A stretch of DNA of 64,000 nt from an uncultured delta proteobacterium. Lineage in GTDB: Bacteria; Desulfobacterota; Syntrophia; Syntrophales; Smithellaceae. A program made the position numbers and the translations under genes. Positions 54,988 to 64,000 of the stretch are shown piece by piece; the first letter of the stretch is position 1; every line of letters starts with the position of its first letter. The DNA lies in NCBI GenBank assembly GCA_963811325.1, contig CAWEQT010000001.1, forward strand, positions 1,429,859 to 1,493,858. Reading direction: 5' to 3'. A model generated the notes under the pieces. That model did no database searches, was not told the origin of the DNA, and was given only the letters and a program-made list of their open reading frames with translations.

Positions 54988-55434
54988 TTAGATATTGCCT
55001 GTTTGAGGAGCATTTCTGTTCATTATAGCCCAATAGTTAACAATTTGCTTAATATAATCAGAAAACATATCAGCATCCAAAGGTTTTACCAAATAGCTAT
55101 TAGCACCCAGAGCATAACTTTCTATCCGGTCCCGCAATTCATTAGAGGATGTAAAAACAACGGTCGGAATATCTTTTGTTCTTTCGTTAGATTTGAGCTT
55201 TCTTAAAATTTCCAGACCGTTAATCTTCGGAAGTTTTAAATCCAACAGCACCAACCGCGGTTGCATTTTTTCCGTAATAAATTCGCCTGCCGGATTAAAA
55301 AAATAGTCCACGGCTTCCGCTCCGTCTCTGAGTATATGTGCCTTGACATTCATTTTTAATTCTTGAAGAGTATCTAAAATCATCTCCACATCATTACGGT
55401 TATCTTCAACGATAAACACGTTTATACCATCCAT
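54988..55434 (-). CDS. Single-domain CheY-like response regulator
   Basis: VFIVEDNRNDVEM...LVLLDLKLPKINGLE...TSS...YLVKP are the receiver motifs. Confidence 0.85.
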   Translation of the reverse strand: MDGINVFIVEDNRNDVEMILDTLQELKMNVKAHILRDGAEAVDYFFNPAGEFITEKMQPRLVLLDLKLPKINGLEILRKLKSNERTKDIPTVVFTSSNELRDRIESYALGANSYLVKPLDADMFSDYIKQIVNYWAIMNRNAPQTGNI

Positions 55435-55441
55435 ATCCCGA

Positions 55442-58400
55442 TCAGTCCTTCCTTAATAATGTGAAATAAAAGGTCGCACCCTTACCTTCTTCGCTTTGGG
55501 CCCAAACACGGCCGCCATGCCGATGGATTATGCGCTGCACAATAGCCAGACCGACTCCTGTTCCTTCATACTCATCAGCAGCGTGTAAACGCTGAAACAC
55601 TCCAAACAACTTATCATAATAATCCATATTGAAACCTATGCCGTTATCCTTTACATAATAAATATCTTCACAGCCTTGCTTGTAACTACCGGTCTCAATA
55701 CCGGCCTCTTTACTGAGTTTTGTATATTTAACTGCATTGGACAGCAGATTGGAATATACTTGCCTTATTAATGACCGGTCACCACGGCCTCGCTGAATAT
55801 TATTAACTTTTAACACTAGCTTGCGGTCCGGATTAATAATCTGTATCTCTTTCCAGACATCATTGATTAAACCTTCCATATCCAGTATGGTCATGCTGAT
55901 TTCCATGCGACCCAGCCTGGAGAATGAAAGCAAGTCATCAATCATTTTACCCATCATCTGACTACTGCTTCGGATTACATTAAATTTCTCTTTTGTATCT
56001 TCGTTAAAATTATCGCCCTGTCTTTTAAGTATCATCCGCGCATATCCGTCGATAGCCCGCAGCGGAGCACGCAGATCATGGGAAACGGAATAACTGAAGC
56101 TTTCCAGTTCCGTGTTGATGTCTTCCAGTTGCGTGGTGCGCTCCTGAAGCTTAGCCGCCTGATCCGCTAATGCCTCCTCTATCTTGGCGTGCGCGACGCG
56201 TCGTCTGAGATTGGTAATCCCGTAAGCAAGGTCGGTAGCCAACTCCGAAAACAATTTTATTTCATCCTCCTGAAAAGCATCCGGCTCGGCGGAATAGATG
56301 GTCAACGCGCCAAAAGCTCTGCCTTCAGACATTAACGGAAGAGATATTGAAGATGCGTACCCCCTTTTTTTTGCTTCTTCCAGCCATGGACTAAATTGCG
56401 GGTCTATCAACATATTCCGGCAGCCTGTTGGCTTGCCTGTACGTATAGCCGTTCCCGTTGGTCCACGTCCGCGTTCCGTATCCGCCCAGGTAATTTTCAA
56501 TGTTTCGATATATCCTTCTTCAAAACCGGCATAAGCCGCGGGGCGAACAGACTTATCTTCATTATCTTCGGCAAAACCTATCCATACCATAGCATGGCCG
56601 CAGTCTTCCCTGATAACTCGGCATATTTCTTTCATATATGTTGATTCATCATCGGCATGCAGTAGGGCCTGATTGCTGCTGCTCAATGCCATAAACGTCC
56701 GGTTAAGCCGGTGTAAATTTGCTTCTTTTTTCCTGTATTCGGTAATGTCTCGAAAGACCAGGACGACGCCAGTGATATTGCCCTGTTGATCTTTTATGGG
56801 AGCAGCACTATTAGCAATGGCCACTTCCGTTTTGTCGTTACGCACCATGATTGTATGGCTTGACAGACCGACTGTCATCCCGGTTTCCAGCACTCTTTTA
56901 ACAGGGCTTTCCTCTTCCCGGCGGGTTTGTTCATTAATGATATGGAATACTACTTCTATGGGTTTTAATCGCGCTTCTTTAAGTTTCCAGCCGGTTATTT
57001 CTTCGGCCACTGCGTTCATAAAGGTAATCTTTCCTTCAATATCAGCAGCTATTACTGCGTCACCAATGCTGGCCAGTGTGATGGCAAAGTGCTCATCGCT
57101 TTTGTGCAAAGCTTCTTCGGCTTGCTTGTGCAAAGTAACATCGCGTAAGTAGACATCTACTCCGTGAGCAGACGGATAAGCGTGCGTTTCAAACCATTTA
57201 CCGAAAACCGACATAGCTTCGAAATGAATGGGAGTGTTATCGGCTATTGCTTTTTGGAATTGACGGGTAAATTCTCCATTTTTCATTTCCGGAAAGACTT
57301 CCCATAATACTTTACCAATCAGTCCATCCCTGCTCAGACCAAGTAGTTTTTCCATTTTGATATTCATATCGCTGATACGCAATTGCCGATCGTATGCTAT
57401 ATAGGTATCGGCAATTGAATCCAGAATAGAGCTAATCTTCTTTTTTGATTCTAGCAATTCATCTTCCGCAATCTTGCGTTTGGTTATATCCAATCCGTAG
57501 ATTCTGATGCTTTGGAAATCAGCCACAAAACTAAATTCCAGCAGATACCATTTCCCTTTGAAATGCACTTCGCTGCTGAATTCTTTTTCCCTGCCTTGTT
57601 GAAGAGTCCTGATAATTTCCGCCCATCCTTCCAGCAAGGGATGTTCTACGCCTTCCTTCAGGAGACCGGAAAATAATTCTTCTGAGGCGGGGTTGGCAAA
57701 AATAATCTGCGAGGCCATATCCACTTCGATAACCGGATTGGGGTTGAGCATTGGGAATGATGCCATACGCTTGATTGCAGCTTCTATCTTTTTATTTTCG
57801 GAAATATCGCGGCTAAAACTCACAACGCCAATAATTTTTCCCGCTGTGTTCCGCGCCGGGTAAAAATGATGATGGAATATAATGCCCTCCCTCTCATCTT
57901 CATAATCAACAGGCTTTCCCGTATTTACAACTTCCTCGAATACTCGTTGGCGTGACTGCGCCAGATCGGGAGATAAAAAATCTGTCCATTTTTTTCCCAT
58001 AACATCAGAGACAGTAAGATTAAAACGCCGGGCAACCGTATCATTAGCAGCCAGGATATCGCCATTAACCCCAAACATCCAGATCGATTCAGTAGCCGAG
58101 TTTAATAATGTATTCGTATTAAATTGGCTCTCCCGCAGGGCTTTTTCGATCTTTTTCCGCTCCTTTATTTCTTCCAGCAGTTTAGCGGTTCTTTTTTTGA
58201 CTTTGCCTTCCAGCATTTTGTGTGCTTTCCGAAGTTCCTCCTGCGCGGTCTTCCGGGCATTGATTTCCTCAGATTCTTTCAGGACTCTCCGAATCGCAGG
58301 CGCCAGTCTACTGAGGCGGCTTTTCATCACATAATCCTTGGCTCCGGAGGTCAAAGTATCTATTGCCCTGTCTTCACTAATCGCACCGGTAACAAGGATA

Positions 58401-58642
58401 AAAGGGATATCAGGATAGTTTTTTCTGATTTCGGCAAGTGCCAAAGCACCGTTATACTGAGGCAGATCATAGTCGGAAAGGATAAGATCGGGCAATGATT
58501 CTTTGAGAGCGCGGGTAAAATCATTTTCAGTCATGACCCGCTTCAATGTAAAATTGATTCCGGCTTCCCGCAGCTCAAATTCTATCAAATCGGCATCGGC
58601 GGCATTATCTTCCAGAAGAAGGATGTGAATAGTTTTTTCCAT
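55442..58642 (-). CDS. Hybrid sensor histidine kinase: N-terminal REC, multiple PAS, GAF, HisKA, HATPase_c
   Basis: 1066 aa. The REC domain is ILLLEDNAADADL...ILSDYDLPQYNG. The H-box is SYSVSHDLRAPLRAIDGY. N-, G1- and G2-boxes are present (NAVKYT, DNGIGF, GTGVGLAI). Confidence 0.9.
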   Translation of the reverse strand: MEKTIHILLLEDNAADADLIEFELREAGINFTLKRVMTENDFTRALKESLPDLILSDYDLPQYNGALALAEIRKNYPDIPFILVTGAISEDRAIDTLTSGAKDYVMKSRLSRLAPAIRRVLKESEEINARKTAQEELRKAHKMLEGKVKKRTAKLLEEIKERKKIEKALRESQFNTNTLLNSATESIWMFGVNGDILAANDTVARRFNLTVSDVMGKKWTDFLSPDLAQSRQRVFEEVVNTGKPVDYEDEREGIIFHHHFYPARNTAGKIIGVVSFSRDISENKKIEAAIKRMASFPMLNPNPVIEVDMASQIIFANPASEELFSGLLKEGVEHPLLEGWAEIIRTLQQGREKEFSSEVHFKGKWYLLEFSFVADFQSIRIYGLDITKRKIAEDELLESKKKISSILDSIADTYIAYDRQLRISDMNIKMEKLLGLSRDGLIGKVLWEVFPEMKNGEFTRQFQKAIADNTPIHFEAMSVFGKWFETHAYPSAHGVDVYLRDVTLHKQAEEALHKSDEHFAITLASIGDAVIAADIEGKITFMNAVAEEITGWKLKEARLKPIEVVFHIINEQTRREEESPVKRVLETGMTVGLSSHTIMVRNDKTEVAIANSAAPIKDQQGNITGVVLVFRDITEYRKKEANLHRLNRTFMALSSSNQALLHADDESTYMKEICRVIREDCGHAMVWIGFAEDNEDKSVRPAAYAGFEEGYIETLKITWADTERGRGPTGTAIRTGKPTGCRNMLIDPQFSPWLEEAKKRGYASSISLPLMSEGRAFGALTIYSAEPDAFQEDEIKLFSELATDLAYGITNLRRRVAHAKIEEALADQAAKLQERTTQLEDINTELESFSYSVSHDLRAPLRAIDGYARMILKRQGDNFNEDTKEKFNVIRSSSQMMGKMIDDLLSFSRLGRMEISMTILDMEGLINDVWKEIQIINPDRKLVLKVNNIQRGRGDRSLIRQVYSNLLSNAVKYTKLSKEAGIETGSYKQGCEDIYYVKDNGIGFNMDYYDKLFGVFQRLHAADEYEGTGVGLAIVQRIIHRHGGRVWAQSEEGKGATFYFTLLRKD

Positions 58643-58902
58643 AATCTAACTCTTAAATAGTTTATCCATTTATAGATACACTAAAATAAATTAATGCCCA
58701 GTAATTATCAAGAAATTTCAGTAACTGCAGATTAATATCTTTAAGTCTCAATTTTTGCATGCCTTTATTTTCTTTCAGAAACTTCTTTATATAAGCTTTT
58801 TTTCAAGTTGTACTCTTAAATATTTGAAATTTATTTAGTGCTTTATCGCTGAAGCGACTTGTAAAGTGAACATTCTTTAGCGCAAAGATGCTTTATGATC
58901 CT

Positions 58903-59676
58903 CTATTCCTTTTTCAAAGGTCCGAAACCAAACGGTCCAAAGGTGAATTGATAACCAACGTAAACAGACAAATAATTAGGCCCATTAATATCCTGTCCCG
59001 CAGAAAGTAATAAGTGATGGTTTTCGGTAAAGTTGATAATAGCACCGACTGTATATCCGGTAGTGTCATTTCTATCGGTTGTGCCGGCTGTCTCGTAATA
59101 GAGTTCCGCTCCCAATGTAAGATGCTTATTGATATCCCTCGAAAGTTGCCATCCAAACTGCAACCAGTCCTTGTTTCCAAAACCTGGATTAATCCAGTAT
59201 CCTCCGCCGCCATAGGTTGTCCATGACCCAAAACTTTTTTGGAGCCAGATGGGCAGGAAATATTGAGTTCTGCCGTTTCCCAAACCCCTTCCGACATCAC
59301 CGGTTGCAAGTTCAACCAGGGGAAATATTCCTACCTGAGGCATATAGTCAGTTTCTTTTATAAAGCGAAATTTGATTCCCAGCTCCGTATCTCCATATCC
59401 ATATTGAGAAGATTGTCCTTCCGGTTTCTCATAGACAAGGGGAGCAAGCAAATGGATTTGAACATTCGGTATAACGCCATAGTTTATTTCCAGATGTGGA
59501 AGAGTGGAGGAATCCTGATCTCGATCATGCATATATAGCACTGCAAGGTACATCTCCCAGTGCTGATATTCCACCGGTTCCGGATCGTCTGTTAAAAAAG
59601 GCGGACCAGCCTGCGAAATTTGGGGAACAAAAGCGGAAAACAACAAAATGAAAACGAGAATAAAAAAGAATGACAT
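58903..59676 (-). CDS. Outer-membrane beta-barrel protein of the MetA-pathway/phenol-degradation-like transporter family
   Basis: The signal peptide is MSFFFILVFILLFSAFVPQISQA. GPPFLTDDPEPVEYQHWE... and alternating aromatic beta-strand patterns are typical of this family. Confidence 0.6.
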   Translation of the reverse strand: MSFFFILVFILLFSAFVPQISQAGPPFLTDDPEPVEYQHWEMYLAVLYMHDRDQDSSTLPHLEINYGVIPNVQIHLLAPLVYEKPEGQSSQYGYGDTELGIKFRFIKETDYMPQVGIFPLVELATGDVGRGLGNGRTQYFLPIWLQKSFGSWTTYGGGGYWINPGFGNKDWLQFGWQLSRDINKHLTLGAELYYETAGTTDRNDTTGYTVGAIINFTENHHLLLSAGQDINGPNYLSVYVGYQFTFGPFGFGPLKKE

Positions 59677-59907
59677 CACACCTTTTAAATGACCCCATTT
59701 TAAACCGCCACGATATGTTATTAAATTATTCCCGGAGAGATTTACTGATTTCATTGCCAAGACTTAAATAGGATTTCATGGTACCCGGTTGCTCCAAAAT
59801 TTGACCAAAAATGCAAGAATAGTCAGCACGAGATCAAGATGAAGTTATAGCAATTCATTTTTCATTCGATCAAATCTTTGCCATCGCTTTAAGGACAATC
59901 CTTGTCT

Positions 59908-60360
59908 TTAGCTTCTGACAAGCAGAACGGGGCATTTTGCTCTTTTGGCAATCTTATCAACAACACTACCCATCATATTTTTTAGAATTCCGGTTCTCCC
60001 GTGCGAAGCAATCACAATCAGATCAATTTCTTTTTCTTCCTGTTCTTCGAGTATCTTTTCGTAAGGAATGCCTCGTTTTGCATCATATACAATTTCGATA
60101 TCAGAGTTATTGTCAGTGATCTTTTTAACTTCCTGATTGAGCTTATCTAGCGAATTCTCTATACTTTCTTTAATTATTTTCTGGATACTTCCCTCATCTA
60201 AACAATAGTCAATGGCACACTGTTGAAACCCATCATCAATGACATGAATGAGAAAAATCTTTGATTTGTTTTGTCTGGCAATATCTATGGCCTGCTTTAG
60301 TGCATTATTCGAATAAACTGAAAAATCAGTCGGGACTAAAATTTTCTTTGGCGCGAACAT
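59908..60360 (-). CDS. Universal stress protein (UspA family)
   Basis: MFAPKKILVPTDFS...ALKQAIDIA...LIVIASHGRTG...GSV are present. ATG 60360 lies 8 nt after AAGGAGGG. The track start 60540 adds an implausible 60 aa. Confidence 0.85.
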   Translation of the reverse strand: MFAPKKILVPTDFSVYSNNALKQAIDIARQNKSKIFLIHVIDDGFQQCAIDYCLDEGSIQKIIKESIENSLDKLNQEVKKITDNNSDIEIVYDAKRGIPYEKILEEQEEKEIDLIVIASHGRTGILKNMMGSVVDKIAKRAKCPVLLVRS

Positions 60361-60708
60361 AATCATGCCCTCCTTTTCTCTTATAATATATGAGATCACT
60401 AAACTTACAATATGGGTTATTCGATAGGTTAGTAGTAGGATAAACCTATAGCGGATAACGGCCACTATCGTCTGAACTTGTTTGGCTAAGTTGCAGGGTA
60501 AGGCATCTGTAAAGGCGATCGACAGCGTTCTGCGTAACATACTGTTTCGCCAATTAACATAATTTTTGATGATAGATTAGACCTCCGATTATCCTCCTAT
60601 TTGTTCCTTATTGTCATTGACAGATAAATATAATAAGTTTGAATAAATCACCAAATCACCGGTGTTGTCGCAAAGCATTTACAAAAGTTTTAGTGGAGGG
60701 TCTTTTCA

Positions 60709-61509
60709 GTGAACATCATCGTCTGCATAAAACAAGTTCCGGGTACGGCTGAAGTCAAAATAGATCCGGCTGACAACACTCTTATCCGCGAAGATATTCC
60801 CAACATAATTAACCCGTTTGATATGTATGCGATCGAGGAAGGGCTGCTCCTCAAAGAAAGTTTCGGCGGTAAGGTGACCGTCATTTCCATGGGCCCGCCT
60901 CAGGCCATAAATGCACTCAAAGAAGCGATGGGCATGGGCGCAGATGAGGCCGTATTGCTTGCAGACCGCGCCTTTGCCGGTTCTGATTCCTGGGCAACCG
61001 CCTATACACTGAGCCTGGCCATTAAGGTTATTGGCGCATTTGATATCATCCTTTGCGGCAGGCAGGCGATTGACGGAGATACCGGACAAGTTGGCCCCGG
61101 CCTCGCCCGCCAACTGGGCGTCACCCCGTTAACTTATGTTTTTAAAATCCAAAATGTTGATCCTGACCGGAAAATCATCATAGTGGAGAGACTGCTTGAG
61201 GAGGGTCATGAAATTGTGGAAGCAGCTTTACCCGCTCTGCTCACCGTCGTGAAGGATATCAACCAGCCGCGCTCACCCTCTATTGCTAATATACGCCGTT
61301 CCGCCAAACTAAAAACAAGAATAATTACTGCCCGTGATTTAACCGGAGTGGACATGACCAGGCTGGGCCTGGATGGAAGCCCCACAAAGGTCATTAAAAT
61401 GTTCAGCCCGCCGCAACGGGAAGGCATACTGGATATGATTCAGTCTGATACTGTCGAACAGGCGGCAAATCAATTAGTGGACAAAATTCTGGCTAAAAAA
61501 ATTATTTAG
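60709..61509 (+). CDS. etfB: Electron transfer flavoprotein beta subunit
   Basis: MNIIVCIKQVPG...INPFDMYAIEE...ILCGRQAIDGDTGQVG are present. The GTG start lies after GGAGGG. Confidence 0.9.
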   Translation: MNIIVCIKQVPGTAEVKIDPADNTLIREDIPNIINPFDMYAIEEGLLLKESFGGKVTVISMGPPQAINALKEAMGMGADEAVLLADRAFAGSDSWATAYTLSLAIKVIGAFDIILCGRQAIDGDTGQVGPGLARQLGVTPLTYVFKIQNVDPDRKIIIVERLLEEGHEIVEAALPALLTVVKDINQPRSPSIANIRRSAKLKTRIITARDLTGVDMTRLGLDGSPTKVIKMFSPPQREGILDMIQSDTVEQAANQLVDKILAKKII

Positions 61510-61518
61510 AGGAAACCC

Positions 61519-62715
61519 ATGCCCCTTTTAGAAATAGATAAAAGCAAGTGCATCGGCTGTGGAAATTGCATTGATGTCTGTCCTTTCGGAGCGTTATCAC
61601 TGGAAGGTGACACCATTGTTGTTAATGAAAAATGCACAGGTTGCGGGGCGTGCCTTGAGACCTGCCCCGAAATGGCGCTTAGTCTGCCTGCAGGACTGAA
61701 GGCGGGAAATGGGGATATTAACCAATATAGCGGCGTCTGGGTTTGGATAGAACAATACAAGGGACAGATGGGTGATGTTGCCATAGAGATTCTGGGCCAG
61801 GGCCGCAGACTGGCCGATCTGCGTCATACATCCCTTACCGCCTGCGTGCTGGGATATAATGTTGAGCATATAACGAAAGCGGCGATTTCCTACGGGGCGG
61901 ACCGTGTATTTTGGGCTGATGATCCCTCTCTTGCTGATTATCGGACAGCGCCATATGCCGCCACTCTCATTGATCTGGTTCGTCAGTATAGGCCGGAAAT
62001 ATTTTTACTGGGCGCCAGTTCCCGTGGCCGCGATCTGGCCGGATCCGTGGCAACCGATCTTTACACGGGGCTTACAGCAGACTGCACAGGGTTGGACATC
62101 GATCCGGAAAAGGGCCTGTTAATCCAAACCCGCCCGGCTTTTGGCGGCAACATCATGGCGATGATTATCTGTCCCAATCATCGACCGCAAATGGCCACCG
62201 TGCGTCATCGGGTATTTGAGAAGCCGCCTGCTGATTCTCAGCGTCAAGGCGAGGTAGTTGCCATTTCGCCTGCTCTGACCGAAGAGCAGATATCAACTCG
62301 TGTAACGGGCTTTATTGCGGAAATAGATAAAATCAATCTAGCTTACGCGCATATCATAGTTTCCGGCGGACGAGGCGTTAATGGTCCGGAAGGATTTGAA
62401 CCACTTAGAAAACTTGCCGATGTCTTGGGCGGCACGATAGGAGCGTCGCGCTCCGCAGTAGACGCCGGCTGGATATCTTACGCCCATCAGGTAGGACAAA
62501 CAGGCCGCACCGTGCGTCCCGATCTCTATATTGCCTGCGGCATCTCCGGCGCCATACAACATCTGGCCGGCATGAAAACATCGAAGGTAATTGTCGCCAT
62601 AAACAAAAATCCCAACGCGCCCATCTTCAGCGTGGCTCACTACGGAATTGTGGGCGACTTATTTCAGATTGTCCCGGCATTGACCGAGCAGTTTAAAAAG
62701 AGACTGAACAAATAA
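61519..62715 (+). CDS. etfA: Electron transfer flavoprotein alpha subunit with N-terminal 2x[4Fe-4S] ferredoxin domain
   Basis: [15 protein letters not shown] and [15 protein letters not shown] are followed by the EtfA core (...VSGGRGV...[11 protein letters not shown]...QVGQTG...[12 protein letters not shown]). Confidence 0.9.
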   Translation: MPLLEIDKSKCIGCGNCIDVCPFGALSLEGDTIVVNEKCTGCGACLETCPEMALSLPAGLKAGNGDINQYSGVWVWIEQYKGQMGDVAIEILGQGRRLADLRHTSLTACVLGYNVEHITKAAISYGADRVFWADDPSLADYRTAPYAATLIDLVRQYRPEIFLLGASSRGRDLAGSVATDLYTGLTADCTGLDIDPEKGLLIQTRPAFGGNIMAMIICPNHRPQMATVRHRVFEKPPADSQRQGEVVAISPALTEEQISTRVTGFIAEIDKINLAYAHIIVSGGRGVNGPEGFEPLRKLADVLGGTIGASRSAVDAGWISYAHQVGQTGRTVRPDLYIACGISGAIQHLAGMKTSKVIVAINKNPNAPIFSVAHYGIVGDLFQIVPALTEQFKKRLNK

Positions 62716-62908
62716 GAGTGGAGGTAATCTGAAGCATTTTCCTAAAAACACCCGCATGTTTTTCCTCTTCTGCTGCAAGAAAAGAAAATACGTCCTTTGC
62801 CTGGGTTGATTTAAGCCGGCCAGATAACTTGTTGTACAAATCAGCCCCTTGCCTTTCAATGCGCACCGCTACCTCAAGAACATCGGCAAATTTTTTAAAT
62901 TCAAGCAT
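62693..62908 (-). CDS. Short ferritin-like/rubrerythrin-type fragment (possibly truncated)
   Basis: MLEFKKFADVLEVAVRIERQGADLYNKLS....AKDVFSFLAAEEEKHAGVFRKML contains one E...ExxH half-site only. The last 23 nt overlap the convergent etfA 3' end. GGAGG lies 8 nt before ATG 62908. Confidence 0.45.
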   Translation of the reverse strand: MLEFKKFADVLEVAVRIERQGADLYNKLSGRLKSTQAKDVFSFLAAEEEKHAGVFRKMLQITSTLICSVSF

Positions 62909-62978
62909 AATGAATACCTCCTCAGATTTATTCACACACTATGCAGTAAAATACCGACGAACATCTCAATAGCTTGTT

Positions 62979-63590
62979 TTATTTCAACATCTTTTTCAAC
63001 CTATTCCCGGCTTCTTTCCAATTGACAATCTTCCAAAATGCATCGATATATTTTGCTCTTTCATTTTTATAATCGATATAATAAGCATGCTCGAAAACAT
63101 CAATGATCAGCAAAATTCTGAACATCGGATAAACATTCATGTTATGCTTTTCAATTTGCATGATGATCAGTCTTTCTGTTTGACGGCAATAAGTCAGAGC
63201 CGCCCAACCAGAACCCTCAACACTTGATGCGGCCTGGGTAAATTCTTTTTTAAATCTATCCAAACTGCCGAATTCGGCATTGATCTTATTGGCCAGAGTT
63301 TCTTTTGGTTCTGCGTATTTTGCAGGAGGCAATAAATTGCCCCAGAAAAGAGTATGAAGAACATGACCGCCAATGTTGAAGGAAAGTTCCTTGAGTGTTG
63401 ATTTCATATCCAGATCAATCTGCTCCTTACGTGCGTTATCGAGTTTTTCCAGGATGCTGTTTGCGCCCTTAACGTAGGCTTGATGATGTTTCTCTACATG
63501 GATTTTCAATTGTTCTTCGGAAATAAACGGCGCCAAATCGCCATATAGATATGGCGAAGAAGGCATTTTATAAAATTTAGTTTCTTGCAT
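62979..63590 (-). CDS. Fe/Mn-family superoxide dismutase
   Basis: LPYLYGDL...[10 protein letters not shown]...[10 protein letters not shown]...DVFEHAYY are the metal-ligand motifs. Confidence 0.95.
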   Translation of the reverse strand: MQETKFYKMPSSPYLYGDLAPFISEEQLKIHVEKHHQAYVKGANSILEKLDNARKEQIDLDMKSTLKELSFNIGGHVLHTLFWGNLLPPAKYAEPKETLANKINAEFGSLDRFKKEFTQAASSVEGSGWAALTYCRQTERLIIMQIEKHNMNVYPMFRILLIIDVFEHAYYIDYKNERAKYIDAFWKIVNWKEAGNRLKKMLK

Positions 63591-63660
63591 AATGTTGTCC
63601 TCCTTATAATTAATGTTTTTTTATATCAGGCATTTTTAAAATCTTAACAGAATCTCTTCC

Positions 63661-63834
63661 TTATGCCGCGTCTTCAGAATTATGATCGTTATAATCGGAC
63701 GAAGTTGGTAATTCATCCGCGGAACGAGACCTGTCTTCTATAGAAGAATAATCGTCTTTGAGATACCTGCCAACAAGTTGATTGATACGCGATTGCATCT
63801 GCTGCCATTCTTGATCCATTTTTTCTTGATTCAT
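63661..63834 (-). CDS. Small hypothetical acidic protein
   Basis: The ATG at 63834 lies 8 nt after AAGGAG. It is 57 aa with no motif I recognise. Confidence 0.35.
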   Translation of the reverse strand: MNQEKMDQEWQQMQSRINQLVGRYLKDDYSSIEDRSRSADELPTSSDYNDHNSEDAA

Positions 63835-64000
63835 TATGTTCACTCCTTTGAAATAATATTTTATCCTGTTCTCAGTAATTATTTTGAGTTTTTAATATCG
63901 AACATAGGATTCAATAACAATACTGATTAAATGAGAGGATAATAGTAGGCAATGCCTACCATTGTTCTATAAAGATTAACTGAATTATTGAATTGACAGG

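Overview
This is a 64-kb chromosomal window of roughly 42% GC by eye. I support about 65 protein-coding genes and recognise no rRNA, tRNA or CRISPR array. The gene content points to an anaerobic Desulfobacterota-type (sulfate-reducer-like) genome: LutABC, a ferredoxin-fused EtfAB, a DsrE/TusA sulfur relay, HdrD/GlpC-like CCG domains and UGA recoding. That lineage call is inference only, because I ran no database search.

Layout, left to right:
- recC (partial), a MidA-like methyltransferase, tatA and a TPR lipoprotein.
- A KaiC-like ATPase and a stand-alone EF-G paralogue.
- An MBL hydrolase, a 1023-aa FAD-oxidase/Fe-S fusion, a FadL-type porin and ArsR.
- A roughly 12-kb co-directional redox, sulfur-trafficking and Fe-S block (13.4-25.7 kb).
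- cspA and a hydrolase/phosphoesterase group.
- A HEAT-repeat protein, a decayed DUF362 gene and a GT-C/TPR membrane protein.
- lutABC, interrupted from its glycerate kinase partner by a roughly 3.4-kb insertion carrying an IS3 element.
- A REC-rich histidine kinase cassette, etfBA and sod.

Most interesting observations:
1. A peroxiredoxin has its peroxidatic Cys codon replaced by an in-frame TGA. A GGUC-loop hairpin starts exactly 11 nt downstream, so I read it as a selenoprotein; the ORF track splits it in two.
2. A 53-codon membrane ORF lies between trxA and a DUF2892 gene. It has a second in-frame TGA with a GGUC motif at the identical +21 spacing, making it a candidate undescribed small selenoprotein.
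3. A perfect FNR-type box (TTGAT-N4-ATCAA) sits between a Crp/Fnr gene carrying the E--SR recognition motif and trxA.
4. A diverged copy of the lutC 3' end is fused to the glycerate kinase start. Together with an IS3 element that lacks target-site duplications, this documents a rearrangement.

Gene starts were refined by eye from Shine-Dalgarno spacing. All functional calls rest on motifs I recognise in the translations, not on searches.
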